Source: Bacteroidota bacterium
GTDB taxonomy: Bacteria; Bacteroidota; Ignavibacteria; UBA10030; SZUA-254
Direction: 5' to 3'
DNA length: 64,000 nucleotides
Assembly (NCBI GenBank): GCA_020056225.1
Contig: JAGVIE010000025.1
Coordinates: 38,995 to 102,994 of the forward strand
Position 1 is the first letter of the stretch; every line of letters begins with the position of its first letter. The translations under genes and the position numbers were made by a program. This document shows, piece by piece, positions 59,801 to 64,000 of this stretch. The notes below the pieces were generated by a model, which saw only the letters and a list, made by a program, of their open reading frames with translations, was not told the DNA's origin and did no database searches.

Positions 59801-61167
59801 TCTACAATTGCTGCAAGAATTTTTCTTTTATATTCGATTGGTAACCGACTTGGATCACCATATTGCAAATGAATATCAGGGGCAGCTTCTAGAACCCAAT
59901 TTCTAATATCTTCATTCCACGGCTCACTGCCACAGCAAAGCCAAGCCGCAATTGGTGCAAGTCCCTTTCGGATTATCTTTTTTCCCCAACTATGCTCGAA
60001 AAGTAGATTATTTATCTCCATCACCGGACATCGATTATACAACCGATCTTCCAACCATTGCGCTGTAAGATACTCTGCAATACGTCGATGGTGAAAACGA
60101 ATGTGTCCATAACTTGCGCTGTCAAAAAGAGGGCGCATTAGTAATGAACTTGATTGTTGTTTGCTCCAATTTTCTTGTAAACACTTATTAGCATCTAGTG
60201 CCAAGCTATCCGAATTATCCTCCGGTACTTTGAAGTTAAATTGGCGACAAAACATTGTGGCTGCAGCGAGTGATTTGACTCCCTCATATAATTGGTCGGA
60301 AGACAGCGAGTCATTATCACGTTTCGGTAATTGTAGTTTAAAACGAACATCATGTTCTATGAGTTCACTAAGTGAACCAAACCGTTTTTGTTCCTTCCAA
60401 AATTTAAGTAAGTCGACTACATCTCCTGGTCTTCTGGTGAACTCCCATGCTTGATGCTCTTCTAAGGCAGAAAGAAATTTATCAGCATCTGAAATATTCT
60501 TTGCTCGAGTGAAAGCTTCCACCCGAGTTTTATCTAGAGGTTCCATTTGGACAACAATGATTCCCTCTCGTTTATCAGATTGATCTCCTTGCGCAATTGG
60601 AGTGCTGGCTTTTTCCTTTGAGGTGGCTAGTAGAGGAAAAAGGCTCGAAACCTCATATAGATCATTCTTTGGTTGCCATTCACTTATCCGTGAACTTAAA
60701 ATAATCCGTGTTCGCCCAATATTAATAGTGTCAAGATCGTTGTGGAATCGGTTCAATGCCGTATAGAAATCGGTAAGCTTTCGAAATTTTGTTTCATCGA
60801 CAGAGTCAAGAAAGAAAAATGCTTCGTGACTACTATGTAACCATTTTTGAAAGTAATTGTAATCATCTCTGCCAATAGCATCAACCAAAGACAGATCTAT
60901 TAATCTATCTAGCTGAATAAAGAAAGCAAATCGTCTTTCGTCTCTCATTAAGTCAACGCGACGCTTAAATTCCCACGTCTTGCCACTAAAAGGTTCTCCG
61001 AGAACAACGACAAATCTATTATTGAAAAGATCATCCCACCCAAGTCCTAGTTCACGTCCTAATAATTCGCGAGTATAACTGAAAAGAGCCATATCTTCTG
61101 GCTGCTCTCCCTCATTTAGCGGAATGAAACGACGATTCAGTTCAATGAATTCTGTGGATGCAAACAT
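56890..61167 (-). CDS. STAND/NACHT-like NTPase with a long helical region and C-terminal PD-(D/E)xK-like nuclease (Avs-like antiviral protein)
   Basis: Walker A GEPFSGKT, Walker B FFLDSVDE, IILSSR, FHHRRIAEYL; C-terminal QEEE...RPDLRI...SIEIK...QLVGQYL. Confidence 0.75.
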   Translation of the reverse strand: MFASTEFIELNRRFIPLNEGEQPEDMALFSYTRELLGRELGLGWDDLFNNRFVVVLGEPFSGKTWEFKRRVDLMRDERRFAFFIQLDRLIDLSLVDAIGRDDYNYFQKWLHSSHEAFFFLDSVDETKFRKLTDFYTALNRFHNDLDTINIGRTRIILSSRISEWQPKNDLYEVSSLFPLLATSKEKASTPIAQGDQSDKREGIIVVQMEPLDKTRVEAFTRAKNISDADKFLSALEEHQAWEFTRRPGDVVDLLKFWKEQKRFGSLSELIEHDVRFKLQLPKRDNDSLSSDQLYEGVKSLAAATMFCRQFNFKVPEDNSDSLALDANKCLQENWSKQQSSSLLMRPLFDSASYGHIRFHHRRIAEYLTAQWLEDRLYNRCPVMEINNLLFEHSWGKKIIRKGLAPIAAWLCCGSEPWNEDIRNWVLEAAPDIHLQYGDPSRLPIEYKRKILAAIVERFKGRERVWIESSPESLKRIADPALAEDAITIIRNRDISADIRKEILQLVRYGRLKECLSIALELIATPDESLDIRIYAAATIRDAGDKESRQKLVQIANQLPNIPNYLCGEICEALYPDVIDSCGLIDLLRKTEPVPDSSVDLNYQLSSHFESVLKPDQAHELLLALLDLGRTPPYILHDSKETNVSAQFSWLGEVIPVVLRKLFSITELSEEEIAITVTAISFLGQIHRYSKLHTSKFDELNIATGRHPSLRRHYFWNRVKERRQQEKDEPRTLVALYDYYEVIKPLQDDIDWMVQDIQGMDSIRDRELVLCLASDLIRRSKQKDLDRNKIKKAIVRDTHLKSFYHRQINGPTLWLKRLWYRNIHWKLGDKWWWIDKWRKLKQSWTYFNDQYKLIIHLKQLITGKNAAWLSHLCREADEKNIQRYTPSTWDDLTKKRGRLITWATRKGCKHIWRTYKPNLPHESVNGNRTYGIIAGLAGIQATLADKEINLAKMNYEDAYRASRYAVNELNGFATWFKDLACFHPDAVREVLVECIRGEWQFTADRKDVNEVLQDLVWQGDDLVPLVEKSIIELLKNDDPPNPSILRLGLSLLMRRNIAPSNELGIIASERIKRYPVGSKIFLLWLTVWLQTDAAHAINFLNELLNNYDKAVDLMLNLCAVLKGDRFDKAPVSHKPDYEHPVLLRRFIVLVFRYIRPEDDESYGPGVFTPTARHDVQDFRGRLLDRLANSTDPQATIELKNLLSEPAMVARRDFILHLIENREETQADLEPWKPEDVRSFQKDHEIDPKTDRDLFKLVIKRLQGIKYDVEKADNSLREEVRIGDPEPILRRWLQRKLVDRNNNRYTVPQEEEIDQQDRPDLRIENPNTDPVSIEIKWAERWTLSTLIERLENQLVGQYLRAHNSRYGIYFIGMIGHNKEKSCKNDQEHSFEQVIEILKARAKAIVESRNEVEGLEVIGIDFRNPKDL

Positions 61168-61267
61168 TTCTAATAATAAAATAAATTTTACTTGATGGTA
61201 AGAATCTACACAAATTTCTTTTCACCTTCAACAACCGCACCTCAGAGATACCACAACCCACCCAACC

Positions 61268-61384
61268 CGTCATGCTGACACCTGTCCTGAGCGAAGTCGA
61301 AGGATGCTCTTGGTCAGCATCTATACCAAGCCAGCCCCGTTCTGATCCCGACCAATCCCGCTCATCGAGCGGGACGGGATGACG
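61268..61384. repeat. Composite nested REP-like palindromes
   Basis: atgctgac / gtcagcat stem enclosing cctgagcgaagtcgaagg; atcccg / cgggat enclosing tcccgctc-atc-gagcggga. Confidence 0.65.
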
Positions 61385-61559
61385 TGTATCTTTTTTTAAA
61401 ATTACATCCAACCCAGTTCCGGCTTCCCTTTCATTGCCAGATGATAAAATCTATGAGCGGTGGTTCACTGCCCAACTCGTTTAAAATAAACACCCCGTCC
61501 TATGAGGAACGGGGCATCATCTATTAAAATATTATGGAGATTTTACATAATTAAATTAA

Positions 61560-61644
61560 TGTCATGGTTAACCTCGTGAGCTTGCCGAACGACGAACAAT
61601 GACATTTCACTTACTTTTCACGCTTCGACAAGCTCAGCGTGACA
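61560..61644. repeat. REP-like element downstream of the S9 peptidase
   Basis: gtcat...tgagcttgccgaa...atgac followed by the inverted copy ttcgacaagctca...tgac. Confidence 0.6.
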
Positions 61645-61652
61645 GGTTTTTT

Positions 61653-63545
61653 TTATTGAAGCAAATGTTTTTCTAAAAATTTCTCCATCGCTTCGTAGAA
61701 GTCGAACCGGTTTTCTTCGTTGCGGAATCCGTGACCTTCGTTCTCTTTCACGAGGTAAGGCACATCGATACCTTTTTTCTTCAGAGCATCAACAATCTGG
61801 TTCGACTCGTTGATATTGACGCGGGGATCTTTTGCACCCTGCGCAACTAAAAGCGGTGCCTTGATGTTATCAACGTGAAATACCGGCGATGCGGAGGCAA
61901 GCAACGTGCTGTCTTTCTGCATATCTCCAACCATCTCGTAGAACATATCGAGGTATGGTTTCCAATACGGTGGAATTGTTCTCATAAATGTAAACAAATT
62001 CGATACGCCGACATAATCAACTCCGCAGGCGTACAGATCGGGTGTGAATGTAAGTCCTGCAAGCGTGGCATAACCGCCGTAACTTCCGCCGTAAATCGCT
62101 ACTCGTTTCGGGTCGGCAATCCCCTGACTGATGAGCCACTTAACGCCGTCGGAAATATCATCCTGCATAGATTTTCCCCACTGTTTGAAAGAAATTTCCC
62201 AGAACTTTTTTCCATAACCGGTGGAGCCGCGGAAATTCATTTGCAAAACTGCATACCCGCGGTTTGCAAGGAATTGTACCTCGGCGTTGAACCGCCACAT
62301 GTCGCGCGCCCACGGTCCGCCATGCGGATTAACAATTACAGGAAGATATTTTGCTTCCTTACCTTTCGGCAATGTGAGATAACCATGGATCGTTAATCCG
62401 TCGCGGGTTTTGTATTCAATCGGTTTCATCTCAGCAAGATCTTTTTCTTCCAACCAGGGGGAACGGTCGGCAAGCTTTGTCAGCTTATCCGATTTCTTTT
62501 CATAAAGATAAAACGAGCCGCGTGTTCTGTCGCTTGATGTTGACACTGTAAATACTTCCTCGTCCTTGTCGCTGGAGACAACTGTTACCTCATACCCGGG
62601 GAGTTGCTTTTCAAGCTTTGCGTATAGGTCTTCAGTTTCTTTGTCGAGGAATTTGTGTTCAACCTTCCATGTTATGTAACCTATTTCGGTCAACACTTTC
62701 CTCAATCGTGAATAATCCATCCCGTTAACATCCACATCGTCGCGCTCATATATTACACTAACTTCTTTCTTGTTGGCAATGTCGTATTCAACAATTGCGG
62801 TTTTATCTCTGCCAAGATTTGAGACAGCATAAATATTTTTGTTATCGAACGTGAAGAATAGAGGTCCAAACGATTCCTTAAAATTCGTAGTCATAACATT
62901 TTGGAATGTATCCTTCTCGGTATCGCGATAAAGTATACTCGTGTTGACGCCATCGGTTGTCGTAGCAATCCTAATATTACCGGCATGATCGGTAACCCAG
63001 CCTGTTATGTTACCGGGGTTTTGAGCAACCATTGTGAGTTCACCCGTACCTGTATTGAGCCGATATACATCAAATATCTCACGAACACGTTTATTCATTC
63101 CGACGAGGACATCTGTGGGATGATCTCTTAGATCGTCAATTATTAGAACTCGAACACTGTCGAATGGCGTAAGGTCTTTCATCTCTTTACCTTCACGATC
63201 AACGGCAAAGAGATGGAAGTTTTCATCACCGCCGAAATCTTTTACAAATAATAACCGGTCGCTGCCCTTCCAAAAATATCCTGATAGATCACGATCGGTT
63301 ACCGATGTAATTCGTTTTGATTCGCCGCCCGAAATCGGCTGGACAAATATGTTCATGCGTCTCTCGTACGGTTCAACATGCGCAACGTATTTACCATCAA
63401 GCGATAAGGTAAATGCAGACTTTTCCGGATTCTTGAAAAAATCACGCATCGGGATTTTTTTCGGAGCTTGCGCCAGAGATGAGACAGAGAGAAATAAAAT
63501 ACACATCATCAGAATGATGGTAGGAAAACGGTTTGTTAATTTCAT
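61653..63545 (-). CDS. S9-family (prolyl oligopeptidase/acylaminoacyl) serine peptidase, secreted
   Basis: Signal peptide; HGGPW, NFRGSTGYG, GGSYGG, QGAKDPRV, EGHGF. Confidence 0.95.
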   Translation of the reverse strand: MKLTNRFPTIILMMCILFLSVSSLAQAPKKIPMRDFFKNPEKSAFTLSLDGKYVAHVEPYERRMNIFVQPISGGESKRITSVTDRDLSGYFWKGSDRLLFVKDFGGDENFHLFAVDREGKEMKDLTPFDSVRVLIIDDLRDHPTDVLVGMNKRVREIFDVYRLNTGTGELTMVAQNPGNITGWVTDHAGNIRIATTTDGVNTSILYRDTEKDTFQNVMTTNFKESFGPLFFTFDNKNIYAVSNLGRDKTAIVEYDIANKKEVSVIYERDDVDVNGMDYSRLRKVLTEIGYITWKVEHKFLDKETEDLYAKLEKQLPGYEVTVVSSDKDEEVFTVSTSSDRTRGSFYLYEKKSDKLTKLADRSPWLEEKDLAEMKPIEYKTRDGLTIHGYLTLPKGKEAKYLPVIVNPHGGPWARDMWRFNAEVQFLANRGYAVLQMNFRGSTGYGKKFWEISFKQWGKSMQDDISDGVKWLISQGIADPKRVAIYGGSYGGYATLAGLTFTPDLYACGVDYVGVSNLFTFMRTIPPYWKPYLDMFYEMVGDMQKDSTLLASASPVFHVDNIKAPLLVAQGAKDPRVNINESNQIVDALKKKGIDVPYLVKENEGHGFRNEENRFDFYEAMEKFLEKHLLQ

Positions 63546-63683
63546 AATAGTACCTTTATGTTGTGAATTTATTGTGTATTTATAACTTAATTTGCAGTGC
63601 TGTGAGGAAGTGACCCCTACATTCTCTCATGTTTACGAGCGATTCGATAAAGTGTTGCTAATACAACATTAAAAAGTATTCGT

Positions 63684-64000
63684 CTATTTCCACTCCGGTT
63701 CGGGCTTCTCTTTCCAAAGCCAGAGGATGAAATCCGTCAGCGGGGGATTTCCACCTAACTCGCGCAATCGCGCTGCATTCTGTCCGCGGTGGTAATGACT
63801 GTGCAAAGCGGTTTGAGTGAGCGCCTGTTCAATCGTTATACTTATAGGCGGGTCTTTGAACCAAGGGATCGTAACAACATCATTGAGTTGTTCATCCGTA
63901 GCATTATTAAGAAACTCAGCAGCTTCTTCGTGGTTGCATTTTGTAAGATCCTTAAGTACAGGCATATCGTAAATTATTCCATAATCATGTCGATCTAATT
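63684..64000 (-). CDS. DinB/YfiT-like protein (5' end beyond the window)
   Basis: HSHYHRGQ...LRELGGNPPLTDF; the frame stays open from 63965 to the window edge. Confidence 0.8.
   Translation of the reverse strand, partial: LDRHDYGIIYDMPVLKDLTKCNHEEAAEFLNNATDEQLNDVVTIPWFKDPPISITIEQALTQTALHSHYHRGQNAARLRELGGNPPLTDFILWLWKEKPEPEWK

Noticed and set aside
61142-61411. 89-aa ORF upstream of the STAND gene as a partner protein
   Set aside because: Mostly translated REP palindromes (PSTSLRTG-type sequence), overlapping the STAND start; the same applies to 19278..19520
336-63998. Many short ORFs in the track (e.g. 3527..4141, 34896..35255, 36362..36988, 61875..62396)
   Set aside because: Antisense or alternate-frame shadows of well-supported genes, with no recognisable motifs

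Overview
A gene-dense bacterial chromosomal window, mostly on the minus strand. PorV-family and T9SS-type cargo genes and the TonB receptor style suggest an FCB-group organism, probably Ignavibacteria-like (inference). From left to right: (1) an outer-membrane operon (1-9.6 kb) with two lipoproteins, a TonB-dependent receptor, a large Asp-rich secreted protein, a PorV-family barrel and a BNR/YCF48-type lipoprotein; (2) a propeller lipoprotein, an orphan histidine kinase, a Tat glycosidase-like protein, a paralog of the secreted protein and thiI; (3) three secreted fibre-like genes sharing an N-terminal module but with unrelated C-termini, followed by a T9SS-CTD protein (19.3-24.2 kb); (4) a P-loop ATPase, OmpA, glcF/glcD, a rhomboid and aroF; (5) a fluoride riboswitch with crcB and DUF190, then an RDPP-ending ORF followed by a hairpin that could hide the RBS of a 46-aa membrane peptide; (6) an AT-rich cassette vsr - ParB-like - putative nuclease - C5 methyltransferase (37.4-41.2 kb); (7) transporters, tyrS, hpnCDE and dinB; (8) a RelE-type toxin-antitoxin pair next to a 1425-aa STAND NTPase with a C-terminal nuclease-like domain; (9) an S9 peptidase. 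Intergenic regions carry several REP/MITE-like palindromes, some nested. I saw no rRNA, tRNA, CRISPR array, integrase or transposase. The best candidates for an undescribed system are the ParB/nuclease/methylase cassette and the modular fibre array. All family calls come from motif recognition by eye, not from database searches.
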